A stretch of 64,000 nucleotides of DNA, taken from an uncultured Acidobacteriaceae bacterium. GTDB taxonomy: Bacteria > Acidobacteriota > Terriglobia > Terriglobales > Acidobacteriaceae. Each line of letters starts with the position of its first letter. The first letter of the stretch is position 1. The DNA is taken from NCBI GenBank assembly GCA_963794165.1, contig CAWCCT010000008.1, positions 245,054 to 309,053 of the forward strand, in the 5' to 3' direction. The notes under the pieces were generated by a model that did no database searches, had not been told where the DNA came from, and saw only the letters and a program-made list of their open reading frames with translations. The translations under genes and the position numbers were made by a program. Positions 9,319-18,175 of the stretch are shown piece by piece.

Positions 9319-11745
9319 TCACTCCTCGCGCAGCAACATCATGGGATCAACCGCCAGCGCACGTCGCGCTGGAATCCACGAAGCCAGCAACCCTACCAGC
9401 GTCATTGCCAAAACGACACCGGTCAAAACGATCGGATCGCGAGCAGTGGCCTGATATACGATCGAAGCCAGAACCCGGCTGGCCAGCATTCCGAGGAGCA
9501 GTCCTGCTGTCGAACCAAACGCGAGCAACTTGAAAGCCCGCCCCAGGGCCGCCTTTAACACCTCTTTCCGCTGTGCGCCGAGGGCTACACGAATTCCCAA
9601 TTCCCGCAGTCGTTTGCTGACCGAGTACGCCGCCATTCCAAAGATGCCGGTGATCGAGAGCATCGCGCCTATCACGCCCATCAGGCCCAACGACACCGCC
9701 GCCATATGTGGGGGAAACAAAACCCCGCCTATTTCGTCGAGGCGCATTTCAATCACAACCGGCAGCCCGGCATCCAATTGGCTTAGGGTGCGCCTTATGG
9801 CTAGACCCATTTGCTGTGGATCGCGGCTCGAGCGCACCACCAGCCATGCGGAGTTGGAGGGGAACTGCAGGATGGGGAGAAACATCGCCAGCTTTGGATC
9901 TTCGCTGAGGCCCCCATACTTTCCGTCTTCTGCGATACCCACGACTTGTATGCGCGTTCCATCCGGCATCTTGTAGTATCCGCCGATCGCGTTCGTAACC
10001 GAGCCGAAGATTTTCTTTGCAAATTGCCGATTCACTACGGCTACGCGTGGCGCAGCTTTGTCGTCATGCCATGTGAACGTCCTGCCCGCAAGCAGTTTAG
10101 TGCCCTCCGCCTGAAGGTATTGGGGAGATATCAGGTACATGTAGGCGGTGGAGGCGGCATTCGATGGCCGCAGATCTGTGCTTCTATCGCTAAACACATT
10201 CGAGGTGGTCGTGCCATTGAGTAGCACCTCATCGGTCAAACCCACTGACTCTACACCAGGAACCGTCGCGATTGCATCGATCATGCGCTTTTGCATGACC
10301 GGCACTCGATCGCCGGTGTAACCCGCCATGTGCAGATCGGCGCCTACAAGCATGGCGTTCCGCGGTTCAAAACCGAAGTTGCTGTGCAGCGCGTAGAATA
10401 GCCCCCGCACCGCAACCAGCGACGATGTGACCAGCACGGCGCAGATCGCAATTTGCACCGCGAGCAATACGTCCCGGGCAGTAACCCGTCGTGCAACTCT
10501 CGCCGCCGAACCCGATTTGACGACCTCATACGGATTCGCGCGGAGCATCTGGCTTACCGGGACGGCTCCAAAGAGAAATCCGCTGACTAAGCTGAGCAGC
10601 AAAGCCACTCCATAAACAACTCCGTCCGGGTTCACAGGGGTATGCATGGGAAAATTCCCAAATGGCTGCCAATCGCTCAGCCAACGCAACAACGCAACAC
10701 TGCCCTCGAGCCCGATCGCGCCTCCGATGAGCGAAATCAACAGCGCTTCAGTAAACAGCCCGCGCAGAATGCGTTTGCGGCTCGAGCCGAGCGCGAGTCG
10801 CAGAGCAACCTCCCGGGAACGGTCAGCGGCGCGTGCAGCAAACAGGCTACCCAGGTTCGCGCATGCGGCCAGCAGAATCAATCCTGCCAGCAACAACAAT
10901 CCCGCAAGAAACGCCCGAACAGGCTGGCCAAATTGGTCCCCCAGGAGGTTTGGACGTGCTAATAAGAAGCCCCCCTGGCGTTCGTCTTTGGGATAAGTCT
11001 TTTCCAGATAAGCGCCAATCGAGTTCAGATCGCCGGTTGCCTGCGCCACCGTGACTCCCGGCTTCAGGTGTCCCATCACCATGAAAACCCAGCGGCTGCC
11101 ACGGGCGTCCAGAGTATTCTCCCCATCTATCTGTTCGTGGTTCACCATCGGCACAAAGAAATTGGGAGAGACGAACACGATTGTCCCGCGAAACTCAGGC
11201 GGGGCAACGCCGAGGATGGTAAACGGATGTCTGTTCACCTGAACGATGCGGCCAACCACTCCTCGATCATCGTGGAAATGGCTGTGCCAGTACGCGTAGC
11301 TAAGCACGATATAAGGAGCACTGTTTGCGCCATGTTCATCGGAGGCGTGGAAGAAACGGCCGAGATAAGGCTTAATCCGTAACGCATCAAAGTAGTTTCC
11401 GCTCGCTTCTACGCCCCAGGCTGCGGAAGGACCTTCGCCTGTATCCAGGCCGACTTGGGGGATGTTAAAAGCTGCCAGGTCATCAAAGCTGTGGTTGCGG
11501 TCGCGCATCTCGAGATAGTCAGGATATGACTGACTCATATCCTTATCGCTTGCCCGCTCGATTCCGTAAAGGCTCTGCGCCTCAGGTACATCCAGCGGCC
11601 GAAGGATCAGCCCGTTCATGACACTAAAAACCACCGCGTTCGCACCGATCGCCATGGCCAGCGTCAAAACGGCGGTGATGGTGAATCCCGGAGATTTGCG
11701 CAACTGGCGAAGGGAAAATCGCAGGTCCTGCAGCAAGGTGGTCAT
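9319..11745 (-). CDS. ADOP-type duplicated FtsX/MacB-like permease (copy 1)
   Basis: ORF 9319..11859. I place the start at ATG 11745 (MTTLLQDLRFSLRQLRKSPGFT). Two FtsX-type modules (..CANLGSLFAARAADRSREVALRLALGSSR.. and ..AAYSVSKRLRELGIRVALGAQR..), each preceded by a large periplasmic domain. No ABC ATPase gene adjacent. Confidence 0.85.
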   Translation of the reverse strand: MTTLLQDLRFSLRQLRKSPGFTITAVLTLAMAIGANAVVFSVMNGLILRPLDVPEAQSLYGIERASDKDMSQSYPDYLEMRDRNHSFDDLAAFNIPQVGLDTGEGPSAAWGVEASGNYFDALRIKPYLGRFFHASDEHGANSAPYIVLSYAYWHSHFHDDRGVVGRIVQVNRHPFTILGVAPPEFRGTIVFVSPNFFVPMVNHEQIDGENTLDARGSRWVFMVMGHLKPGVTVAQATGDLNSIGAYLEKTYPKDERQGGFLLARPNLLGDQFGQPVRAFLAGLLLLAGLILLAACANLGSLFAARAADRSREVALRLALGSSRKRILRGLFTEALLISLIGGAIGLEGSVALLRWLSDWQPFGNFPMHTPVNPDGVVYGVALLLSLVSGFLFGAVPVSQMLRANPYEVVKSGSAARVARRVTARDVLLAVQIAICAVLVTSSLVAVRGLFYALHSNFGFEPRNAMLVGADLHMAGYTGDRVPVMQKRMIDAIATVPGVESVGLTDEVLLNGTTTSNVFSDRSTDLRPSNAASTAYMYLISPQYLQAEGTKLLAGRTFTWHDDKAAPRVAVVNRQFAKKIFGSVTNAIGGYYKMPDGTRIQVVGIAEDGKYGGLSEDPKLAMFLPILQFPSNSAWLVVRSSRDPQQMGLAIRRTLSQLDAGLPVVIEMRLDEIGGVLFPPHMAAVSLGLMGVIGAMLSITGIFGMAAYSVSKRLRELGIRVALGAQRKEVLKAALGRAFKLLAFGSTAGLLLGMLASRVLASIVYQATARDPIVLTGVVLAMTLVGLLASWIPARRALAVDPMMLLREE

Positions 11746-11917
11746 AATAGGCGCCTCTGGGTGCTCACCAAACTGGCAATTCGAGACCCAAAGTATCGTG
11801 GTCGCAACTTTATCAGGACAAAGCGGCTTGCGAAATCTTGCGCCTGTCTCGAAACCCAATCTTGTCCGGATTCAACGGAGGATGTCCGTAAATGAACAGA
11901 GAGATCGAGGCCGGACC

Positions 11918-13120
11918 CTAGACTGCGACCATCTTCGGCCGTCGAGCCAGCCAGACCAGCATAGCGCCCAGCAGCAGGCTCGCGAGCATGCCTGTGATCG
12001 CGTCCAGTGCCATGCTGCCGCCGATCCCTCCGCGGGCAAAACCGAAGGCGTCGATGTAGAGCATGTAGGAGATCGGCACGCCGTAGGCCGAGCCAATGAA
12101 GCAGAAGGTCGTCGACGCCAGCGGGTTGTCGCGGCCGATGGTCTCCAGGATGACTGCAATGCTGTTTGTGATGGCCAGCGATTGGAACAGGTTCTGCGTG
12201 ATCAGGATGATCGCGAAGGCTGCGGGAGTGTGCGGGAGCAGGATAAGGCCGAGCGTGCATAAGGCTCCGGCCAACCCCACTGCCAGGTAAAGCGGCCGCA
12301 GGGGCATGAAGCGGCTGAGCGGCGGAAAGACCAGGCAGCCGACGATCCCGCCGGCAGCTACGCCGAGTCCTCCCACCAGCCCGACGAAACCGGGCGAGGC
12401 GTGAAAGTCATTGCCGCGCCCGCCGAGAAAATTGGTTAGCGAAAAGGTCCCGGCAGGGGCGGCGAACATGATGACGGCAACCAGCACCTCGCGCCGCTTG
12501 ACCAGCGAAACAAGTTCGCCGAAAAACTGCGGAAACGACTCACGGGCGAGCCGGCGATCCGGTCCGGGCGCCTGCATGAACGGAAAGGCCATCGTCGGCA
12601 GCAGGATGGAGATCCCGACCAACAGCGCCACTGCAAGCGGGGAAGCATAGCGTACGAGTTGGTTGCAGCCCATCGCCATGAGGCCGAATCCGCCGACATT
12701 GCCGATCGTCATCCACACGCTGACGGTCTTCTCCTCCACGGGAGAGGTGATGGCCGACAGCCATCCGCCGATCGCGCTTTGATAGAGGTACGCGGCGGCG
12801 AAACCGGCGGTCAGCAGCACTTCCAGCAGCCCGAGGTGGTGGAGGTTTAGGAACGCCACCACCAGTGAGAGCGACGCGATGACCGCGAGCACGGTCGCGT
12901 ACCAGCGGCGGCTGAAGCGTACGTCCAGAATGGGGCTGACGAGGAAAGCCCAGAAGCCGGGTGAAAAGGCGATGGCGGTCAGCCCGGCGATGGACGACTC
13001 GGGCACGTGACGGTCACCCAGCAACTGTGGCACGGCAAAGGCGACCACGCCCCCGTAGAGACCATAAGACAGGTTGGTGAGGCCCATGAGCCAGACAGGA
13101 ACCCGATGACGGCTCGGCAT
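11918..13120 (-). CDS. MFS transporter (AmpG/PAT-like)
   Basis: 400 aa with ~12 hydrophobic helices. N-terminus VWLMGLTNLSYGLYGGVVAFAVPQLL resembles AmpG-type MFS permeases. Confidence 0.75.
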   Translation of the reverse strand: MPSRHRVPVWLMGLTNLSYGLYGGVVAFAVPQLLGDRHVPESSIAGLTAIAFSPGFWAFLVSPILDVRFSRRWYATVLAVIASLSLVVAFLNLHHLGLLEVLLTAGFAAAYLYQSAIGGWLSAITSPVEEKTVSVWMTIGNVGGFGLMAMGCNQLVRYASPLAVALLVGISILLPTMAFPFMQAPGPDRRLARESFPQFFGELVSLVKRREVLVAVIMFAAPAGTFSLTNFLGGRGNDFHASPGFVGLVGGLGVAAGGIVGCLVFPPLSRFMPLRPLYLAVGLAGALCTLGLILLPHTPAAFAIILITQNLFQSLAITNSIAVILETIGRDNPLASTTFCFIGSAYGVPISYMLYIDAFGFARGGIGGSMALDAITGMLASLLLGAMLVWLARRPKMVAV

Positions 13121-13187
13121 ACTTCGGGCTCCCGATGCGATGAGGTTCCGCTCAGCCTATCACAGAGGAAGGAAAGCCAAAACGATG

Positions 13188-13610
13188 TTACGGCCTCGTC
13201 TCGAGGACAATCTCAGCGTGCGATGGCGCCTGCAGGGTGACCGTATAGCATGGCATCCGGTCTGACCATCGAACGTAGACGGTAAACGGGTTGTGCTGAC
13301 CCAAGAGCTGCATGAAGCTGAAGAAAATTAGTGCGAAAGCAATTCCTGCCTGAAGCAGCCGAACGGGCCCGATAGCAGGACCCGTAATAATCGCTCCGGA
13401 GGTGATGGATAACAGGCCAGGATCGTTCTGTATCCTGCACCGCTGTCGCAGCAGAGAAATTATGGCATCAAAGAACAGGTAGCAGGCATTGTTACGTTGG
13501 TATTCTTCCTCGAAGATCCAAAGCATCTCGGCGCCAAATTCGTTTTTGAATGACGCGGGATGCAGGCCGAGAAGAAGGCGATAACCAAACCGGGAAACGA
13601 CTCTATTCAT
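13188..13610 (-). CDS. small membrane protein co-translated with PadR
   Basis: 140 aa. ATGA start/stop overlap with padR (13607-13610). Soluble N-terminal part (HPASFKNEFGAEMLWIFEEEY) followed by a hydrophobic helix (VRLLQAGIAFALIFFSFMQLL). Confidence 0.6.
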   Translation of the reverse strand: MNRVVSRFGYRLLLGLHPASFKNEFGAEMLWIFEEEYQRNNACYLFFDAIISLLRQRCRIQNDPGLLSITSGAIITGPAIGPVRLLQAGIAFALIFFSFMQLLGQHNPFTVYVRWSDRMPCYTVTLQAPSHAEIVLETRP

Positions 13611-13972
13611 GCTTTTCCTGACCTCGCTTCCTGAAGACGCAGTCTGGCTTTGCTCACCACGCTTTGTAGGCGCTCCACCTCTGCAGCCAAGGCGTCCTTC
13701 CCTTCGCTGGTGAGGACGTACAACCGCCGATCATCTTCTTTCATGGAAGCAGACTTGCCTTTCGCCGGCGGGGCGTCTGCGACCAGGCCCGCGGCCATCA
13801 ACTTCTTTAGATTGTCGTACAGCGTACCTGGGCCCAACCTATAATGACCATTCGAATTGCGCACAACTTCCTTAATGATCCCGTAGCCGTGCAAATTGCC
13901 CCCAGCGAGCGCCAAAAGAATATGCAGGGTTGCAGACGACAGTGGTGCGCTTTTGACTCTCTCAACTTTCAT
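13607..13972 (-). CDS. padR: PadR-family transcriptional regulator
   Basis: 121 aa. Winged-helix pattern LHILLALAGGNLHGYGIIKEV...LGPGTLYDNLKKLMAAGLV...RRLYVLTSEGKDAL. Confidence 0.9.
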   Translation of the reverse strand: MKVERVKSAPLSSATLHILLALAGGNLHGYGIIKEVVRNSNGHYRLGPGTLYDNLKKLMAAGLVADAPPAKGKSASMKEDDRRLYVLTSEGKDALAAEVERLQSVVSKARLRLQEARSGKA

Positions 13973-14004
13973 ATCGGAATCCGACTATATCGGAACCCGA
14001 CTAT
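13973..14004. promoter_or_regulatory. two tandem 16-nt direct repeats abutting the padR start codon
   Basis: ATCGGAATCCGACTAT (13973-13988) is followed immediately by ATCGGAACCCGACTAT (13989-14004). They lie directly upstream of padR on the minus strand. Confidence 0.4.
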
Positions 14005-14016
14005 GCTTGTCAACAT

Positions 14017-14047
14017 TTCCTGATAGACTAGTCTGACTAGTCAGGAA
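14017..14047. promoter_or_regulatory. candidate vapBC operator: twin GACTAGTC palindromes inside a TTCCTGA/TCAGGAA inverted repeat
   Basis: GACTAGTC at 14026-14033 and 14035-14042, each self-complementary. They overlap a plausible -10 (TAGTCT 14029-14034), which lies 16 nt after TTGTCA (14007-14012). AGGAAGAG Shine-Dalgarno precedes ATG 14053. Confidence 0.45.
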
Positions 14048-14052
14048 GAGCT

Positions 14053-14367
14053 ATGACATCCCGGAAATCCAGAAAGCGTGAAACTCGCAGCAGTGGGGAG
14101 TCGCCCGCCCCACAAGCTTGGCAGTTGCAGGTTGCGAAGGCACAGTTCAGCGAAGTGTTCCGTCGAGCCCGCGAGCGCGCTCCTCAGGTGGTAACCAGGC
14201 AAGGCAAGGAAGCAGTTGTCATCGTCGCCTTGGAAGAGTTCGAGCGGTTGACCAGACGGGCCAGTCAGCCGAAGAACCTATCTAGATTCTTTGCCGAGTC
14301 ACCTCTGGCCCGCACATCCATTGATTTAGGGCGGGAGCTCGATTATGGCCGGACGATAAAACTGTGA
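14053..14367 (+). CDS. vapB: type II antitoxin, Phd/YefM-like (VapB partner)
   Basis: 104 aa. Motif WQLQVAKAQFSEVFRRARERAPQVVTRQGKEAVVIVALEEFERL. GTGA overlap with the downstream PIN toxin. Confidence 0.8.
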   Translation: MTSRKSRKRETRSSGESPAPQAWQLQVAKAQFSEVFRRARERAPQVVTRQGKEAVVIVALEEFERLTRRASQPKNLSRFFAESPLARTSIDLGRELDYGRTIKL

Positions 14368-14789
14368 GCGGATTCTTGCTGGACACGAATGTTATCGCCG
14401 AACTTATCAGGTCAAATCCAGACCCGAAGGTGACGAAATGGATCGATGCAACCAACGAGGAACTTCTGTTTCTGAGTGTCCTAACGTTGGGAGAGATCCG
14501 GAAGGGCGTAGTGCTATTGCCCCGCAATGCTCGTCGTAGCGCCTTGGAGGCGTGGCTCCGGAGCGATCTGCCGTTACGCTTTTCCGGCCGGATACTGGAC
14601 ATCGACCAGGACGTTGCCGATCGCTGGGGACAACTCTCCGGCATCGCGAGCGCTAGAGGCGCCAAAGTGGCTGTGATCGATGGATTGTTGGCTGCGACAG
14701 CATCCCACCATGATCTAGTCCTTGTGACCCGCAACACCAAGGAAGTTGCGCAGACAGGCGTGTCCTTATTCAATCCCTGGACGGACTGA
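14364..14789 (+). CDS. vapC: PIN-domain toxin VapC
   Basis: 141 aa. FLLDTNVIAELIR..., LSVLTLGEIRKGV, DGLLAATASHHDLVLVTRNTKE: typical VapC/FitB acidic-residue pattern. Confidence 0.9.
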   Translation: MSGFLLDTNVIAELIRSNPDPKVTKWIDATNEELLFLSVLTLGEIRKGVVLLPRNARRSALEAWLRSDLPLRFSGRILDIDQDVADRWGQLSGIASARGAKVAVIDGLLAATASHHDLVLVTRNTKEVAQTGVSLFNPWTD

Positions 14790-14791
14790 AA

Positions 14792-15313
14792 TCAGAGAGG
14801 AAGTCGCGGATGCAAACACCCGCGGAAGAGCGGAAGGTAACGCGGTTGGAAGACTGCCATTGCCAGGGCGAAGTATGCAGTTGTACCAGCAAATGCAGTC
14901 AGAAGCTTTAAACTGTCGGCCCAATTTTTGTCCAGTCTCTGCACATAAAGCAAGCAGCAACCTGCGATGACGAGCAGGTTGCCCACCCACGCCGGCACAG
15001 AAATAAAAAGGTCGGGGCGGGGCAGATGGCCGAACTGCATAAGCAGGAGGGCCTGCTTCAGGCCGCTTACAAAGAAAGTGTTCACGAAAAGCGTCGTGTA
15101 ATTCCAGAACGCGGCAGCGCTGAGACCGATAAAAAGGCCCCACTTACGATTTGTCCAGACGAGGCCAATGGTTGCGATGTACATCCAGGACTGAAAGAAA
15201 TGTAACCACCGGATGTCAGCTTCCCAATAGGCGGAGATAAAGAGCGCAAAAATGAAGAGAACTCCGCCGAGGGTGATCAGCCAAACGCTGGTTCTGGATA
15301 CCGCTTGATCCAT
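14792..15313 (-). CDS. hypothetical polytopic membrane protein
   Basis: 173 aa with 4-5 hydrophobic helices. Convergent with vapC (2-nt gap). No family recognised. Confidence 0.6.
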   Translation of the reverse strand: MDQAVSRTSVWLITLGGVLFIFALFISAYWEADIRWLHFFQSWMYIATIGLVWTNRKWGLFIGLSAAAFWNYTTLFVNTFFVSGLKQALLLMQFGHLPRPDLFISVPAWVGNLLVIAGCCLLYVQRLDKNWADSLKLLTAFAGTTAYFALAMAVFQPRYLPLFRGCLHPRLPL

Positions 15314-15370
15314 ATCACGGTTACGCAGCCGATGTCAGATAAGTTCCGCAGAAACGAGAATCAAGCTCTC

Positions 15371-15550
15371 TCAACCAGCACCGATTTTGAGGCAAGCAGT
15401 ACCCTAGTCCTTGTTATCCCGGCTGAAGGCGAGGGGAGTTGCAAGGGCTTTCAACCAGTAACCGATCTTGAGATAAGAACTACTCTCCCCTTTGTCATCC
15501 CGAGCGTAGCCGAGGGACCTGCGGTGTCTCTCAACCAGTAACCGATTCTG
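15371..15550. repeat. tandem repeat, 80-bp period, ~2.2 diverged units
   Basis: TCAACCAG(C/T)A(A/C)CGAT begins at 15371, 15451 and 15531. Unit 2 carries CCTTTGTCATCCCGAGCGTAGCCGAGGGACCTGCGG, the same core as the 29991-30213 inverted repeat. Confidence 0.75.
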
Positions 15551-15573
15551 AAGGAGGCGCCCACCGCGCTTTC

Positions 15574-16761
15574 TCAGGCCCCCCAACCGGGTACGCTGCG
15601 GGCCATAGCCCACATCGTTTCATCCAGCGCATTGTCGATCTCATCGTGCGGTTCGGTGCGCGTATTCGCCAATGCTGCCCAGCACAACCCGGTCGCTGTC
15701 CGTACCATGAGGGTGGTCGACCCCGGCAGGCTCCCGTTATGCCACCAGTTTCCGCTGCCGACCATCCAGCCTCTCGCGTACTTAGCCGCTGAGGATCCGG
15801 GGAATGCGGGGCTGGGAGTCGTCATCGTGCGAATGGTCTCTGGCTTCAGGAGGCTTGGGATGTTGCCGGATCCGCCCACGTGATTCAGAAACTGAACCAG
15901 GGCGGAAGAGGTGGCCAGCCATCCAGCGTCTGAGTCCATGCGAGCAACGTTCATCTTATAAGGGTCCTCGTTATATTGCCCGACGTAAACCACCTCATTC
16001 GGAGCACGCTGTCTGAGAGTGTTGCCCGCGATGCGCATGCCGCTGATCCCGCACGGCGCCAGAATATTGCTCTGTACATAATCCGCATAGGCCTGACCGG
16101 TAACCTGCTCGATGACCCGGCCGAGCACGCAATATCCGAAGTTGGAGTACGCCCAGTGCTGCCCAGGCGGATAACTGAGCGGCAGGTTCTCCAGTGTCCA
16201 GCCAATCAGCTTGGCCTGGTCCCACGAGTCAGACCGAAACATGGGATCGCCGGCATCGTCGGACCAACCACCACAGGTATGGGTTAACAGATCGTCGACA
16301 GTGATATCGCTAACATACTGCTTGTAAGGACTCTTTCCGTACTTGGTACCCAGGACCCCCGAACCCCCGAAGACCTTGTCGGTAAGATTCAATTTGCCTC
16401 GTTCGATCAGCGTAAAAATAGTCACCGCGGTGATGGGCATGGTCAGGTCTGCTATGCGGAACAGACTCGACATGTTTGTCGGCCCCAGGTCTTTGGCCTT
16501 CCCAGCCCCGAAGCCTTGGTCGAACCCGAACCCCTGATCAAAAACGAACTCACCATTGCGTGAGATGGCAACCGAAAGCGCGGGCACCCTGAAACGACTT
16601 TTGAACCCGGCTGCAAGGCGCCCCATTTCGCCGCGCTCCATGCCCGTGAGCTGATTACCTTGCGGAAGCCAGAGTCCTTGCATCGGGAAGGGGACCACTC
16701 CAGCTGCAGCGGCGCCCAACAAACCCTTTAGCAACCAACGTCTATTTAATTGCTCCTGCAT
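15574..16761 (-). CDS. beta-lactamase-fold protein with degenerate catalytic motif (Tat-like signal)
   Basis: 395 aa. N-terminus RRWLLKGLLGAAAAG. The fold signature is retained (FRIADLTMPITAV..GKLNLTDKV; WAYSNFGYCVLG), but the SxxK position reads D-L-T-M. Confidence 0.8.
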   Translation of the reverse strand: MQEQLNRRWLLKGLLGAAAAGVVPFPMQGLWLPQGNQLTGMERGEMGRLAAGFKSRFRVPALSVAISRNGEFVFDQGFGFDQGFGAGKAKDLGPTNMSSLFRIADLTMPITAVTIFTLIERGKLNLTDKVFGGSGVLGTKYGKSPYKQYVSDITVDDLLTHTCGGWSDDAGDPMFRSDSWDQAKLIGWTLENLPLSYPPGQHWAYSNFGYCVLGRVIEQVTGQAYADYVQSNILAPCGISGMRIAGNTLRQRAPNEVVYVGQYNEDPYKMNVARMDSDAGWLATSSALVQFLNHVGGSGNIPSLLKPETIRTMTTPSPAFPGSSAAKYARGWMVGSGNWWHNGSLPGSTTLMVRTATGLCWAALANTRTEPHDEIDNALDETMWAMARSVPGWGA

Positions 16762-16794
16762 AGTTCTGGTCTCCTTCCTTCCTGGTAATCGCGA

Positions 16795-17181
16795 TCAATC
16801 GGGGCGTCTGGCCTCCCACGTTCCGTGATGCCCGTGGATTCCAAATGTCCCCTCTATGGTGTTGCCATCCACCATGCCCCGAAACGTAAGCACGTTGCGC
16901 GTTTTAGTTCGGAAAAGGATGTGGCGTACGTTCATCGTGCCTTCTATCCCCCCCGACTGATAGGGACCCTTGAAATGGCCCGAGAGGGTGTTGCCATTTT
17001 GCACGAGGTCGATATATTGCGTCGCCGTTTTCCCATCATCGCTTTTCGAGTAAATGGTCCACTTGCCGGCTACATCCGCAGGTGGACGCTCTTGCGGTAG
17101 CTGCTGACCAAGAGCCGCATTGCCGGCGGCGAATAATAGCAAGGCAAAGAACAACAGAATCATCTGCTTGTGCTTATTCAT
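16795..17181 (-). CDS. small secreted protein, unknown function
   Basis: 128 aa. Signal peptide MILLFFALLLFAAGNAALGQ. Beta-rich repeat-like pattern GKWTIY...LSGHFKG...IEGTMN...IEGTFG. Confidence 0.65.
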   Translation of the reverse strand: MNKHKQMILLFFALLLFAAGNAALGQQLPQERPPADVAGKWTIYSKSDDGKTATQYIDLVQNGNTLSGHFKGPYQSGGIEGTMNVRHILFRTKTRNVLTFRGMVDGNTIEGTFGIHGHHGTWEARRPD

Positions 17182-17206
17182 AGCAATCTCCAGTTACAAG
17201 GCTGAG

Positions 17207-18109
17207 CTACTCCGCCTGCGCCCACCCGTTCCCGGGGTTGTATTCCTTTAAGGACGCAACCGTGTTTGCTGTCTCAGGACCCAAGTCCCGCTGATAGAGA
17301 ATACCGTCCCGGCCCAGGATGAACGTCATGATGCCGGACTTTTGGTAGTGCACGGGGCTGGCAACGACCCTGAATCCGCCCGTCTTTCCTTGCTCAACCA
17401 GAACACGGAACGTGTACCCGTTGAACTCGGGGGTGTTGCTGGGGGCTCCAGAGGCGAAGATGCCCTTAGCGAACCCGGTGATTTTCCCCAAGGGGCTCGG
17501 AGGCTGCTCTCCAGAAACTTCCCAGTAAAGGCCATCCTGCTTACCCGGAGTGCTGATGATCGTCTCGGTGTATTGGTGAGTGCTCAGATGGTATAGATCC
17601 TCGGCGTTCGCGATCACCCTGCATGCCTCCATCGCCAGGAGTTCATTTCTTCCAATGCGGCGGGCTCGCAGTTCTTCCTCCCCTGCATTGGAGTTGAAGT
17701 ACCACTTCGACGATGCATCTTGAGCAAGAGGAATGGGGAATGGGTAGTTGGATGCTCCGATGTAGAGCATGCGGCTGCCATCCGTCATTGCGACCCATCG
17801 GTTCATGCGCTCATATTGTTTGGCGAACGAATCGACTGCAGCTTCATCCTCGGCTGGATCTCCAGAACCTACCAGCGTCTTTCCCTTAGGTCCCAGGATC
17901 CGCGCAATGCCATCATTGTCCTTGGCCGTTGCTGCCGTCTGCAGCGCCTGGCCTGCTTCGGCGGGAGTGGCGAAGGTTTTCTGCGGAACTGCCGCTGCCG
18001 GTGTGGCTTCTTTCTTTGAACAGCCAAGAATAAAAACGGAGACTAACAGAACCATCAGGGCCGCCAGCTGGAAGTTCCGCGCTGTCCATCGTTTGCTTTG
18101 CGAATTCAT
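17207..18109 (-). CDS. DUF2950-family lipoprotein
   Basis: 300 aa. Lipobox LGCSKK. Matches my recollection of DUF2950: YPFPIPL, RRIGRNELLAMEA, PGKQDGLYW, SPLG, SGIMTFILGRDGILYQRDLGPET. Confidence 0.85.
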   Translation of the reverse strand: MNSQSKRWTARNFQLAALMVLLVSVFILGCSKKEATPAAAVPQKTFATPAEAGQALQTAATAKDNDGIARILGPKGKTLVGSGDPAEDEAAVDSFAKQYERMNRWVAMTDGSRMLYIGASNYPFPIPLAQDASSKWYFNSNAGEEELRARRIGRNELLAMEACRVIANAEDLYHLSTHQYTETIISTPGKQDGLYWEVSGEQPPSPLGKITGFAKGIFASGAPSNTPEFNGYTFRVLVEQGKTGGFRVVASPVHYQKSGIMTFILGRDGILYQRDLGPETANTVASLKEYNPGNGWAQAE

Positions 18110-18175
18110 GTTGCTACCTTCCTTTTCTGTTTTGCTTAACGTTGATCTCGAATGACAATCTGTGCACAGCGGCTT

